A stretch of 64,000 nt of DNA from Alphaproteobacteria bacterium. Lineage in GTDB: Bacteria > Pseudomonadota > Alphaproteobacteria > UBA828. The stretch's first letter is position 1, and each line of letters starts with the position of its first letter. Below, piece after piece: positions 48,565 through 58,061 of the stretch. The stretch covers positions 2,368,001-2,432,000 of the forward strand of contig CBDEFM010000002.1 of assembly GCA_965237415.1 (NCBI GenBank), read 5' to 3'. The translations under genes and the position numbers were made by a program. Below the pieces are notes generated by a model, which ran no database searches, was not told where the DNA came from, and worked only from the letters and a program-made list of their open reading frames with translations.

Positions 48565-48870
48565 TTGCCGGACGATCAAGGGAAGCTTACCGAGGCGGAC
48601 AAAGCCACGGTGAAAGAGTGGCTGCAGAACAAGTGGTCACAGGATTCTCGTTGCGCCGTGTGCAACCAGAACAATTGGTCTGTGGGCGACCATACAGTAG
48701 CCGCTGCAACCGTAAACGATCACGGCTCTGCCCTTTTTTCCGGCCCAATGTACCCGCACGTAATGCTCATTTGCATGAACTGCGGGCACACAATATTCTT
48801 CAATGCCGCTCTTATGGAGATCCTGGCGAGTATCGCAAAATCAAAAAACGAGGACGCCGATGGGGAGTAA
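48565..48870 (+). CDS. Passenger hypothetical protein, Zn-ribbon-like
   Basis: CAVC...CMNCG; RBS gggagg; TTG start. Confidence 0.7.
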   Translation: MPDDQGKLTEADKATVKEWLQNKWSQDSRCAVCNQNNWSVGDHTVAAATVNDHGSALFSGPMYPHVMLICMNCGHTIFFNAALMEILASIAKSKNEDADGE

Positions 48871-49270
48871 CGACCCTGGGAGTGGCGGTCCCCGACTCAA
48901 CCTCCGGCCGGACAAAACATACACAATTAAGCGTACGCAACCGGACGAGATCGTCCGGCATGACATATCAGACGAGGAGTTGACTGCCTTGTCTGATACC
49001 AAGAGGGGTGGCCTCTGGGAGGCAATGTGGATCGCGCTTGGAATGTCTGCCGGTTTTGCAGAGACCGCAGTTTCGGCGATAGTCGACCGCTTCTCGAGCG
49101 ACGAAGTGCAACCGATCAGTGCTGGTGACTTAGCACAAGCAATAATTTTCTTCTGCGCGTTGATTGCTTTTGTAATTTTATGGCTCGTGCACGGGAGCAA
49201 GAGAAAGGGGGCTAAAGAACTCGTAGAAGAAATACGGCGGAGATCAACACAGGAGGTGGACAGTGGCTAG
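48860..49270 (+). CDS. Passenger two-TM hypothetical protein
   Basis: Two hydrophobic segments (LWEAMWIALGMSAGFA; AIIFFCALIAFVILWLV); overlaps ORF1. Confidence 0.7.
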   Translation: MGSNDPGSGGPRLNLRPDKTYTIKRTQPDEIVRHDISDEELTALSDTKRGGLWEAMWIALGMSAGFAETAVSAIVDRFSSDEVQPISAGDLAQAIIFFCALIAFVILWLVHGSKRKGAKELVEEIRRRSTQEVDSG

Positions 49271-49553
49271 GGGACGCTATCTTAGTCTTGATGAGGCTCG
49301 GCGGGACAGCCAGATTGGGCAGTTCTGCAGGGAGCATCCATCTGAGGGTGATCCAAGGCAATTCACAAAACTGATGTCAGCCATGACTAGAACGCTGCCA
49401 ACAGTCGATCAAACATCCGATCCGGGCTCGTCCGCATATTGTAGCGATACTCAAACTCCTTCACGTACTTCGGCAGATGCTTCCCCGAAACGTGAACATG
49501 AGTCCCGCGAATCGACAGCTTCAGACGCGCCCAAAAGCCCTCAAGGCCATTGA
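49263..49553 (+). CDS. Passenger hypothetical protein overlapping the transposase 3' end
   Basis: RBS ggaggt; overlaps the ORF2 stop; MARGRYLSLDEARR... Confidence 0.5.
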   Translation: MARGRYLSLDEARRDSQIGQFCREHPSEGDPRQFTKLMSAMTRTLPTVDQTSDPGSSAYCSDTQTPSRTSADASPKREHESRESTASDAPKSPQGH

Positions 49554-50241
49554 CGTGACTGTCGCCGCTCACATACTCGCCCAGCCCGTGATTGACCGTC
49601 TCGTGCCTGTAGCCGGCTTTGTCGAGGCCGGTGTAGGAACCCAGCTCGTCGGTATGGACGGTGCTGCCCGGCTCGACATTCTCGGCAATGATTGGATGCA
49701 GCGTGCGCTTACGGACGTTCGGAACGACATTCGCCATGATGTCGCCGCTACGTTCCAACATCCCGAAGACGATGGTCTTGTTCGGAGCACCGCGCCCACG
49801 CTTTCCGCCAGACCGTTTCCCGCCAACATAGGTTTCGTCGGCCTCAACAGCGCCGCCCAACGGGGGCTCGCCGTTCACTTTGGCCATGTATTTGCGAATC
49901 TCGTGCCCCATGCGCCATGCGCATTTGTAGGTGACGCCCAATTGCCTTTGCAGCTCCTTCGCGGGGACGCCATGCCGCGTCGTGGTGAACAGGTACATCG
50001 CATAGAACCACTTCTGAAGCGGTGTGTGGGACTTCTCAAATGGCGTCCCGACCATTGGGTGAATGTGGTGACCGCAGCGCGGGCAGGAATAGGCCGGTTT
50101 CTTGCTCAGGCGGTAGAATTTGCCCACCTTCCCGCACTTGAGGCACTCAACTTCATTGCCGTAGCGGGTTTGCCACAAATGCTCCAAGCAAGCATCGTCG
50201 GTCGGGAACTGGCGGAAGAACTCTGTGACGGTGAGTGTCAT
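49387..50241 (-). CDS. IS1595 family transposase
   Basis: Zn finger CLKCG...CPRC, VEADETYVGG, HTDE, HVNGLEGFW, EFEYRYN. Confidence 0.95.
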   Translation of the reverse strand: MTLTVTEFFRQFPTDDACLEHLWQTRYGNEVECLKCGKVGKFYRLSKKPAYSCPRCGHHIHPMVGTPFEKSHTPLQKWFYAMYLFTTTRHGVPAKELQRQLGVTYKCAWRMGHEIRKYMAKVNGEPPLGGAVEADETYVGGKRSGGKRGRGAPNKTIVFGMLERSGDIMANVVPNVRKRTLHPIIAENVEPGSTVHTDELGSYTGLDKAGYRHETVNHGLGEYVSGDSHVNGLEGFWARLKLSIRGTHVHVSGKHLPKYVKEFEYRYNMRTSPDRMFDRLLAAF

Positions 50242-50388
50242 GGCATTGCCTCCTGACACTCAATATAGGGACTCTGGCCACGTACGTCAAGGGGATAATC
50301 GCCAAAAAGTGTGTTGCCCGAGGTGGGACGCGGAACCGGACCGCGAGGGTGGTGAGAAATGCGGGCCAAGCGGTGGCCCATGTTGACC

Positions 50389-51792
50389 TGTCGAGAACAT
50401 TTTGAGTTGACCGGTTTATGTACCAAATGAGTTGACCGCTTCTGTTGATGTGGTTGGGCCTGTGGGGAAGTGGTCGGGCGCGGAGCGGCTGTCCACTTGT
50501 CCACAGGGCACCGGCGGGCTGCGTCGAAGCGGATCACGCGGCCTGCCGGGTTTGGCTGTCGATGGGCTCGCCGTCGGCGTTGTAGCGGGCCAAGCATCTG
50601 GGGCCGTGGAAGAGGGCGAGGGTTCCGTCTGGATACTCGTGCACCCTGACCCTTGCCTTGACGTAGTGGTGGCGATGGCGGGCGGGTGGGATGTGCAGGC
50701 TCAGGCCGTGGTAGCGCACGGTGTTGTCGTTGCCGACGGTGCGCTCCTGCTGCACGCAGAGGATGTCGTCGAGCGCGCCTGCGAAGGGCACGAAGGCGGA
50801 GCCCTTGTCCTCGGCCGGGGTTGCGAAGCGGGCGTTGTGGAGCGGCAGGTAGAGCTCCCTGAGGAAGCGGTTGGCCTCGGCCATCTCGGTGATGCCGGCG
50901 AGCCTGAGTTCCTGGGGCAGGCGTTTCTGCAAGGTCCCGAACATGCGCTCGGAGCGCGCCCTGGCCTCGGGCGAATAGGCCGCGATCGGCTCGATGTCGA
51001 GCTGCTGAAGCGCACGGCCGACCTGGGTCGGCTTGTCCTTGTCCACCGTGCCGCCGGCCTCGGGCGTGTGCCAGTAGTGGCTGGCCCGGTCGGCGTAGAG
51101 CGAGCAGAACAGGCCCTTGGCCCGGATCACCTCGGACAGCGCCCGGAAACTCGACATCGTACCCTCCTCGTCGACGAAGAAGGCCGAGTAGATCTCGCTG
51201 GTGGCGTCGTCCATGGTCACGATCAGGTCCCACCGGCGGCCCGGCACCCACGCGTGGTGCGAGCCGTCCTGGTGCAGCATCATGCCGGGAAGCGCACGGC
51301 GCGGACGCTTGCGCCGGTGCGCGCCGCGCCGGGGCGCAGCCCGCATGCGCCCACGTGCCTGCAAGGTCAGGCGCACCCAGTTGCAGCTGCGCTCGCAGTC
51401 GTGCTCGGCGACCAGCTTCTCGTGGAAGTGCTTGGCCGTGAAGTCCCAGTAGCGGGTGTCGAACAGCTCAAGCACCCGTACCACTTCGTCCACCGGGGCG
51501 CGCCGGGCCGAGACCCGGCCCAGGCGGCGGTCGTAGAGACCGTCGGCGCCCTCCGCCTCGTAGCGATCGCGCCAGCGCCGGAAGGTCCGTTCCGACACGC
51601 CCAGAACCTCCGCCGCCTCGGCCTGGCTCAACAGCCGTGACCTGGTCCGCCCATACACCTCCTCGAACTTCATCAATCTCAGTCCCTGTGCCTGCTCCGT
51701 CCGACGCATCCAAACCCTCCATGGTCTGGATGCCTTCTAAAACCGGACAGATCATCTGGTACATAGACCGGACATATCCTGTGTTACCGACA
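50389..51792 (-). mobile_element. IS1202-family (ISNCY) element type A, copy 2
   Basis: Near-identical to 31252-32652; perfect 16-bp DR gtggcccatgttgacc at 50373-50388 and 51793-51808. Confidence 0.93.
50534..51709 (-). CDS. ISNCY/IS1202 DDE transposase
   Basis: Differs from the copy at 31394-32569 by only a few residues. Confidence 0.93.
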   Translation of the reverse strand: MRRTEQAQGLRLMKFEEVYGRTRSRLLSQAEAAEVLGVSERTFRRWRDRYEAEGADGLYDRRLGRVSARRAPVDEVVRVLELFDTRYWDFTAKHFHEKLVAEHDCERSCNWVRLTLQARGRMRAAPRRGAHRRKRPRRALPGMMLHQDGSHHAWVPGRRWDLIVTMDDATSEIYSAFFVDEEGTMSSFRALSEVIRAKGLFCSLYADRASHYWHTPEAGGTVDKDKPTQVGRALQQLDIEPIAAYSPEARARSERMFGTLQKRLPQELRLAGITEMAEANRFLRELYLPLHNARFATPAEDKGSAFVPFAGALDDILCVQQERTVGNDNTVRYHGLSLHIPPARHRHHYVKARVRVHEYPDGTLALFHGPRCLARYNADGEPIDSQTRQAA

Positions 51793-51959
51793 GTGGCCCA
51801 TGTTGACCATGCGGAGGCACAAGTGCGGTGTTATCATCCCTGCGGGTCGCGCAGACCGCGACGCCCTTCTTTGAACTGCTGTCGCACGGAATGACGGCCG
51901 CAGCGGCGATCGGACAGGATGGTTCGGCTCGCCGCGCCACAACAAGGGGAGGAACATCG

Positions 51960-53180
51960 ATGATCAAGACCAAGAAGCGGATCGATTCGAAATCGGAATC
52001 GACGCAGCGCCGCCCGCGCCGTGTATCGAGGCGAAGCGTGCTCAAGGGAGCCGCCGCGGCGGCGGCAGTTGCCGGGTTCACCTGGAAGAGCACCGGTCCC
52101 TTCGTGCGGGACGCGAAGGCGGCGACGCTGGAGCTACGCTGGCTCGGTTGGGAGCACTACAACGTCAAGAGCCTGACCGCCGAGTTCGAGAACCGGCACG
52201 GCGTCAAGGTCAGCGCCGGATTCTTCGACGGCAATTCCGAAGCCTGGAACAAGCTCCGGGCCGGCGGCACCCAGGACTTCGACCTGGTGATGGCGGACGG
52301 ATTCTGGCCGCGCCTCTATGCCAGGCAGGGGCTGGTTCAATCGATCGACTATTCCAAGCTGGACCTGAGCAACGTGTTCGACGACTTCGTGCCCCCGAAA
52401 TTCACCCTGCTGCGCGAGGAGGGCGGCGACAACATGATCGCCGCGCCCAACTGCTGGGGTGGGTATGGGTTGACGGTCAACACCGACAAGGTTGCGGCCG
52501 AGGATCAGGAATCCGTGAGCCTTCTGTTCAACGAAAAGTACGCAGGGCACCTCTCGACCAGTGCCCGCTTCGAGGAGAACATCGCGCTGGCCGGCGTCCT
52601 CGCCGCACACAACATGGGCACGCAGGATGGCGCGCGCCCCGACGGCAAGAGCTTCAACCCCTACGTGCTGTTTGACGAGGAGCTCGAAGAGTGCAAGCGC
52701 CTTCTGATCAAGCAGAAGGAGCTGCTGGTCAATCGCTGGAACGACGAGGACACGCTCGAGCGGCTGCTGCGGGCTCAAGTGGTGTGGGCCTCGCCGGAGT
52801 GGTCCGGGATCTACCGGCGTATTCACTTCGACAAGCTGGACGGCAACTCGGATCTCAACATGCGCCACGTCCTCAAGCCCACGGAAGGCGGGCTCGGTTG
52901 GGTGGACCAGTGGTCCATTACGTCGGGCGTGACCGACAGCGAGAAACTGGAGATCGCGCATAAGTGGATCGATTTCCGGCTTGAGCGCGAGAGCATGAAG
53001 ACGGTGGCGGTCGAAATCGGCTGGGCGCCCACCGTCGACGTTCGCGACATGCTTTCGGACCGTTACGTCGACACCCTCTTCCTCAACGAGACCGCGGCGA
53101 TTCACGGCCTCTACCAGTTCGACGCGCCCTCCTCGCCTGAGAAATGGGAGCGCATCTGGTCGGCAGTGGAAGCAGCCTAG
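51960..53180 (+). CDS. PotD/PotF-like ABC substrate-binding protein with Tat signal
   Basis: SRRSVLKG twin-arginine motif; KLRAGG, EGGLGWVD; upstream of potABC-like genes. Confidence 0.85.
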   Translation: MIKTKKRIDSKSESTQRRPRRVSRRSVLKGAAAAAAVAGFTWKSTGPFVRDAKAATLELRWLGWEHYNVKSLTAEFENRHGVKVSAGFFDGNSEAWNKLRAGGTQDFDLVMADGFWPRLYARQGLVQSIDYSKLDLSNVFDDFVPPKFTLLREEGGDNMIAAPNCWGGYGLTVNTDKVAAEDQESVSLLFNEKYAGHLSTSARFEENIALAGVLAAHNMGTQDGARPDGKSFNPYVLFDEELEECKRLLIKQKELLVNRWNDEDTLERLLRAQVVWASPEWSGIYRRIHFDKLDGNSDLNMRHVLKPTEGGLGWVDQWSITSGVTDSEKLEIAHKWIDFRLERESMKTVAVEIGWAPTVDVRDMLSDRYVDTLFLNETAAIHGLYQFDAPSSPEKWERIWSAVEAA

Positions 53181-53206
53181 CCTCATAGTTCGTGACACCC
53201 GGGCGG

Positions 53207-53241
53207 AGAGGGATCGGACCCCACGGTCCGGTCCCTCTTTC
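53207..53241 (+). terminator. Stem-loop after the SBP gene (terminator or mRNA stabiliser)
   Basis: agagggatcggacc-ccac-ggtccggtccctct followed by ttct. Confidence 0.5.
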
Positions 53242-53309
53242 TGGGCGCTGACGTTGTTCGCCAGACCGCTAAGCGAGAGGGCGCCGCCCGCGGTGGCGGT
53301 CATGGTGCG

Positions 53310-54404
53310 ATGAGCGATCAGCCAATCCTGCGCATCGAGGCGGTCGAGAAACGCTTCGGCACGGTTCGCGCGGTCGACGGTGTGAGCCTTGAGATCGGCC
53401 GTGGCGAGTTCTTCGCGCTGCTCGGGCCCAGCGGGTCGGGCAAGACCACGCTGCTGCGCATCGTATCCGGCCTGGAGACTCCCGATCGCGGCCGGGTGGA
53501 GATCGGCGGCACCGACGTGACGGCGCTGCCGCCCTATCTGCGCCGCATCGGCATGGTGTTCCAGGATTTCCTTCTGTTTCCGCACCGGACGGTTGCGGAG
53601 AACATCACGTTTCCACTCAAGATGCAGGGCCGGAGTTCGGCCGAGCGGCAGGAACAGCTCGCCTGGATCCTCGGTTTTGTCCACATGGAAGGCCTCGGCG
53701 AGCGCTTCCCCCATCAGCTTTCAGGTGGCCAGAAGCAACGAGTCGCCCTGGCGCGGGGCCTGATCGCGCGGCCCGAGCTTCTCTTGCTCGACGAGCCGCT
53801 GGCCAATCTCGACCGCGAGCTGCGCAAGGAAATGGAGATCGAGGTGCGTCGCTATCAGGAGGAGCTTGGCATCCCCTTCGTCTACGTGACGCACAATCAG
53901 GAAGAAGCGCTGACCATGAGCGACCGCATGGCGGTGATGCACCAGGGCGGCCTGGAGCAGATCGGACCCAAGCTCGAGGTCTACAACGCGCCTGTCACAC
54001 GCTTCGTCGCCTCCTTCGTAGGCGCGCCGAACAAGCTTAGCGGGCGCGTGATCGACGGCGACGGCGAGCGCCTGCGCATCGATTGGGGGGGTATCACGCT
54101 GACCGGTCGCGGTGCGAGCGGAGCCCGGCCGGACGATCCGGTGGAGTTGTTTCTCAAGAGCGAGCGTATCGCCCTCAGACCCGCGGCGGACGGCATTCAA
54201 CACGAAAACCGGATCGAAGGGACGGTGCGGGACATCATCTTCAAGGGTCAGTTCGCCGACTATATCGTGCGCGCCGACAACGAGGTGGAGCTGGTCGTGA
54301 GCGGGCCGCCCAGCATCGCGGGAGTCGATCGCAATTCCCGCGTGAGCCTGGGCTGGGATGTCGAAGCGGCCGATGTGTTCACGGTCGAGGACGGCGAGCC
54401 GTGA
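53310..54404 (+). CDS. PotA-like ABC ATP-binding protein
   Basis: GPSGSGKTT, LSGGQKQRVALAR, TOBE-like C-terminus. Confidence 0.93.
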   Translation: MSDQPILRIEAVEKRFGTVRAVDGVSLEIGRGEFFALLGPSGSGKTTLLRIVSGLETPDRGRVEIGGTDVTALPPYLRRIGMVFQDFLLFPHRTVAENITFPLKMQGRSSAERQEQLAWILGFVHMEGLGERFPHQLSGGQKQRVALARGLIARPELLLLDEPLANLDRELRKEMEIEVRRYQEELGIPFVYVTHNQEEALTMSDRMAVMHQGGLEQIGPKLEVYNAPVTRFVASFVGAPNKLSGRVIDGDGERLRIDWGGITLTGRGASGARPDDPVELFLKSERIALRPAADGIQHENRIEGTVRDIIFKGQFADYIVRADNEVELVVSGPPSIAGVDRNSRVSLGWDVEAADVFTVEDGEP

Positions 54405-54416
54405 CTCTGGTGAGAA

Positions 54417-55301
54417 ATGCGGGCTAGGCGCCGTGCCCTGCACCTCGACCCGCGCGTGCGGTTCGCCGCGCTGGTGGGGCCGGGCGCCCTGTTTATCCTC
54501 CTGTTTCTGCTGATTCCGCTTCTCTCGATCCTGGTATTCAGCTTCTGGCGGACCGAAAACTACGAGCTGATCCAGGACTGGAACCTGAACAACTACGGGT
54601 CGGTTCTGGGCGAGTGGATCTACCTCAAGTTCCTGCTGCGCTCGCTTGCCATGGCCGCTGCGGTTTCCACCGTCTGCCTTATCTACGCCTGGCCTTGTGC
54701 ATACCTGATCGCCAAACACGGCGGCGGCTACCGCTTGATTCTCGTGCTGCTTACTGCGGCACCGTTCCTCACCGGCATCCTGCTGCGTATCACCGCAATG
54801 CAGCAGATTCTGGGCCCTATAGGGCTGGTCAACATGGCACTGATGGAGCTCGGTCTGCCTCCGATCGAAGTGCTCATGTACACCAACATCGCCAGCGCAG
54901 TCGGTTTGATCTACCTGTGGATCCCCTTCATGTTGCTCGCCATTTACCTCTCGCTCTTCAACTTCAATTTCGAGTTGCTGGAAGTGGCGAAGGTGTGCGG
55001 CGCAAAGCCATGGCGTGCCTTCATGGAGGTGACGTGGCCGCTCAACTGGATAGGAACGGCCATCGGGATCGTGCTCGTTTTTATTCCCACCTTCGCCGCC
55101 TCGGTGACACCGCGCTTTCTGGGCGGCACGAACGGCGCGATGTTCGTCAACCGTCTCGAGCACCAGTTCGGATCGGCCGGCACGTGGGCCCTCGGCTCGG
55201 CGATGGGGGTGGTGATGTGCGTCGCCTCGCTCGTGGTCACCTTCATGCTCTGGCGCACGATCAGGCTGCGCCGTGCCGGCTTCACAGGCGCGGGGGCCTG
55301 A
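54417..55301 (+). CDS. PotB-like ABC permease
   Basis: Multiple TMs; EVAKVCGA EAA loop. Confidence 0.88.
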   Translation: MRARRRALHLDPRVRFAALVGPGALFILLFLLIPLLSILVFSFWRTENYELIQDWNLNNYGSVLGEWIYLKFLLRSLAMAAAVSTVCLIYAWPCAYLIAKHGGGYRLILVLLTAAPFLTGILLRITAMQQILGPIGLVNMALMELGLPPIEVLMYTNIASAVGLIYLWIPFMLLAIYLSLFNFNFELLEVAKVCGAKPWRAFMEVTWPLNWIGTAIGIVLVFIPTFAASVTPRFLGGTNGAMFVNRLEHQFGSAGTWALGSAMGVVMCVASLVVTFMLWRTIRLRRAGFTGAGA

Positions 55302-55302
55302 C

Positions 55303-56121
55303 GTGGCCGCGGTGAACCCAGGCGAGCGCTTCGCGATCGGCGGCCAGACGGTATTGCTGTTGGCGCTCTACCTGTTCCTCTACTTCCCCATCTTCTACAT
55401 CGGCTACCTGTCGGTCGTGGATAACAGCGTATGGCCGTTCCCGCCGGTGTTTACCGGCGAGTGGTACGGCCGCCTCATGATCATGAGCGACTTCCACACA
55501 GGCCTGTTGAACAGCGTTTTCATCGGTGCCGGCACTGCCGTGCTCTCGACGCTGTTCGCCACGACCGCGGCAATCGGGATTCTCCGCTATCCGCTGCGCC
55601 GCCGAGGACTCATAGTCGTCCTGTTTCTCGTGCCGCTCTTCGTCGCCCAGGTCCTGATCGGCATATCGACCCTGATGTTCAACCGGAACGTGCTCGGCAT
55701 TCCCGGCAACATCGAGTCGGCGATCGTGGCCAACACGACCTACAGCGTGTCCTTCGCGTTTCTCGTGATCCTGGCGCAGCTCGTGCGCTACGACTGGCGC
55801 TTCGACGAGGTTGCCCAGGTGTTCGGCGCGCGGCCGATGCGCTGCTTCCGGGAAGTGACGTTCCCCAACATCTGGCCGGCCGTCCTCGGCGCCTTCATCA
55901 TCAGCTTCATTCTGGGTTTCAACAACTTCGAGATCACCTTCTACAACGTGGCAGCCATTCCGACGCTCCCCACCATCGCCTGGGGGACGCTCCGCCATGG
56001 AATCGAGCCCGAGCTTTACGCGCTGGCGACCATCGTCAATGCGCTGGTCTTCGTCCTTCTATTCGTCATCTACCTGCTGATTCGCGTCGGCGCGCTCCGG
56101 CTCGGCGTGCCGGACAACTGA
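55303..56121 (+). CDS. PotC-like ABC permease
   Basis: LFLYFPI, EVAQVFGA, TLPTIAW. Confidence 0.88.
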   Translation: MAAVNPGERFAIGGQTVLLLALYLFLYFPIFYIGYLSVVDNSVWPFPPVFTGEWYGRLMIMSDFHTGLLNSVFIGAGTAVLSTLFATTAAIGILRYPLRRRGLIVVLFLVPLFVAQVLIGISTLMFNRNVLGIPGNIESAIVANTTYSVSFAFLVILAQLVRYDWRFDEVAQVFGARPMRCFREVTFPNIWPAVLGAFIISFILGFNNFEITFYNVAAIPTLPTIAWGTLRHGIEPELYALATIVNALVFVLLFVIYLLIRVGALRLGVPDN

Positions 56122-56136
56122 GGTCCGTTCCGGTGC

Positions 56137-57255
56137 CTATGCGGTCACTCGATAGTCGCGAATGACATCCGGATCCGGCTCGGCACCGAGGCCGGGGCCG
56201 GTGGGAATTCGAAAGAGGCCACCCTCGGTCGGGGAGACGAAGCCGGGGTAAAGCGTTGCCTCGAGCCGCGTGTAGAAGCGCTCGGCCCAGCCCCCGCCGG
56301 GCCCGCCGGTGAGCGGCATCGCAGAGAGGAGCTGAAGCGTGGCCAGCCAGCCGGGGCCGAAGTAGGGCGAGTGCGGCATCACCGTCACGTCGTGTCCTTC
56401 GGCCAGCGCCAGCACCTTGTGGAACTCGGTGACGCCGCCCACCTTGGTCACGCTCGGTTGCACGTAGCGCACCGCGCCCGCATCCAGCAGTCGCCGGAAC
56501 TCGAACGCCGTGCACGCGTTCTCACCGCAGGCGAGGTCGATGCCAGACTCCTGCTGAAGCCGTGCCAGCGCCGCAAAATCCTCCGGTGGGAAGATGGGCT
56601 CTTCCAGCCAGTGGAGGTCGTAAGGCTTGAGCCGGGCCGCCATGCTGAGCGCCTCGGCCGGCGTCCAGGGACAGTTCGTGTCCGTGCAGAGCGGCATGTC
56701 CGCCCCCATCGCCTCGCGCGCCGCGGCGATCTCTGCCTCGCCCGTCTCGTGGAGCTTGATGGCGGGGTAGCCTTCGTCGAGTGCGGCACGCACGGTCTGC
56801 GCAACGAGTTCCCGGTCCCGGTACTTCAGCAGGCTTGCGTAGCCGGGAACGAGCGGTGGGGCGGCCGGCCCGCCGAGGAGCTGGCCGAGCGGCAGCCCCG
56901 CTCTTTTTCCCGCGAGATCCCAAAGCGCGATGTCGATGGCCGAGATCCCGAACATGGTGATGCCGTAACGGCCGAAGAGATGCAGCGCCTGCTGGAGCTC
57001 GCGGTTCAGCGACGCGATGGCGGTAGCGTCGCGGCCGATCAGGATGGGCGCCACCGTCGCGTCGACGACCGCCTGCACCGCCGGCAGGCAGTTATAGCTG
57101 AAGGCTTCCCCCCAGCCGGTGGCGCCGTCCTCGGTCTCGACCCGCACCAGGAGGATGCTGAGTCCCTCCCACGCCTGCCCGCCCCAGGCCGGCGGCGGCC
57201 CGCCGTGCTCGTGCGGGATGACGAGGGGGATCGTTTCGATGCGGGCGATTTTCAT
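56137..57255 (-). CDS. Mandelate racemase / muconate lactonizing enzyme family protein
   Basis: AIDIALWDLAGK, WLEEPI, GEN, PTGPGLG. Confidence 0.92.
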   Translation of the reverse strand: MKIARIETIPLVIPHEHGGPPPAWGGQAWEGLSILLVRVETEDGATGWGEAFSYNCLPAVQAVVDATVAPILIGRDATAIASLNRELQQALHLFGRYGITMFGISAIDIALWDLAGKRAGLPLGQLLGGPAAPPLVPGYASLLKYRDRELVAQTVRAALDEGYPAIKLHETGEAEIAAAREAMGADMPLCTDTNCPWTPAEALSMAARLKPYDLHWLEEPIFPPEDFAALARLQQESGIDLACGENACTAFEFRRLLDAGAVRYVQPSVTKVGGVTEFHKVLALAEGHDVTVMPHSPYFGPGWLATLQLLSAMPLTGGPGGGWAERFYTRLEATLYPGFVSPTEGGLFRIPTGPGLGAEPDPDVIRDYRVTA

Positions 57256-57290
57256 GCGCGTATCCCAAGCGTGGATTGTCGAAACCGAGG

Positions 57291-58025
57291 TCAGGGGAGG
57301 TCGCCGACCAAGTCACGGATGTGGCCGGGCGGTGTCGGCGGCAGTTCGATGCCGAAGCGGCGCTTCAGTGCGTCGGCAATGAGCTCGAAGCAGGCGCCGT
57401 AGCGAACGACCTCGAAGGTCTCCAGGTCGAGTAGGGTCGATGAGGTCCGATACAGGTGAAAGAGGCGAAGCCCGTGGTCGATGACGATGTCCGCAATCGC
57501 GATCAGCTCCGGCTCGATGTCGTCCACGCGGAACTTCGTGCCGGATAGCGAGAGGTTGGCGGACGAGCCGAACAGCGGGTGCAGGGCCTCGCGGCTGAGC
57601 CGGGTGATCGCCGCGTGGAACGGGCCCGCGTTGAGCAGCATCAGCACGGTGCCGGCGCTGGTGGACGCTGCAAGCGCTTCCGGCTCCATCTTCCGCAGGA
57701 TGGGGTGATCCATGCGCGCCGGTGCGATCGCGCCGAGCGGCAGGTCGTAGTCTTCGATCAAGGTGCTGGCGACGTCCCACCCCTTTTGATCGAGGACGTG
57801 AAGCTCGCGATGCAGGGTCAGGTCGCCGAGCATCGCGTTCAGCTTCGACGGAGTGCGCCGCTTGGTCTCGAAGATCGTCTTCAGCGCCGCGGCCGACCCG
57901 CCGATCGCAGAGTAGCCGACGCTCATGGGCAGGATGGCAATTCCGCCGCGTTCGAGAACGGCGAAGGCACGCTCGGCATCGCGCTGAACGTCCGGTCTAC
58001 CTGTCACGTTCGGAATTCCCTCCAC
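57291..58025 (-). CDS. Divergent YrdC/Sua5-fold protein
   Basis: IFETKRR and GSSANLS correspond to the KxR and SAN motifs; SSTLLD. Confidence 0.7.
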   Translation of the reverse strand: MEGIPNVTGRPDVQRDAERAFAVLERGGIAILPMSVGYSAIGGSAAALKTIFETKRRTPSKLNAMLGDLTLHRELHVLDQKGWDVASTLIEDYDLPLGAIAPARMDHPILRKMEPEALAASTSAGTVLMLLNAGPFHAAITRLSREALHPLFGSSANLSLSGTKFRVDDIEPELIAIADIVIDHGLRLFHLYRTSSTLLDLETFEVVRYGACFELIADALKRRFGIELPPTPPGHIRDLVGDLP

Positions 58026-58061
58026 GGCCGTGCAAGCCGTGACCGTGGCAAGATTTTCGGG

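Larger units (their letters stand above)
48495..50303 (-). mobile_element. IS1595-family transporter IS carrying three passenger ORFs
   Basis: 24-bp IRs (c/g)g(t/c)gattatccccttgacgtacgt (22/24); 8-bp DR aaaaagtg at 48487-48494 and 50304-50311. Confidence 0.93.
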
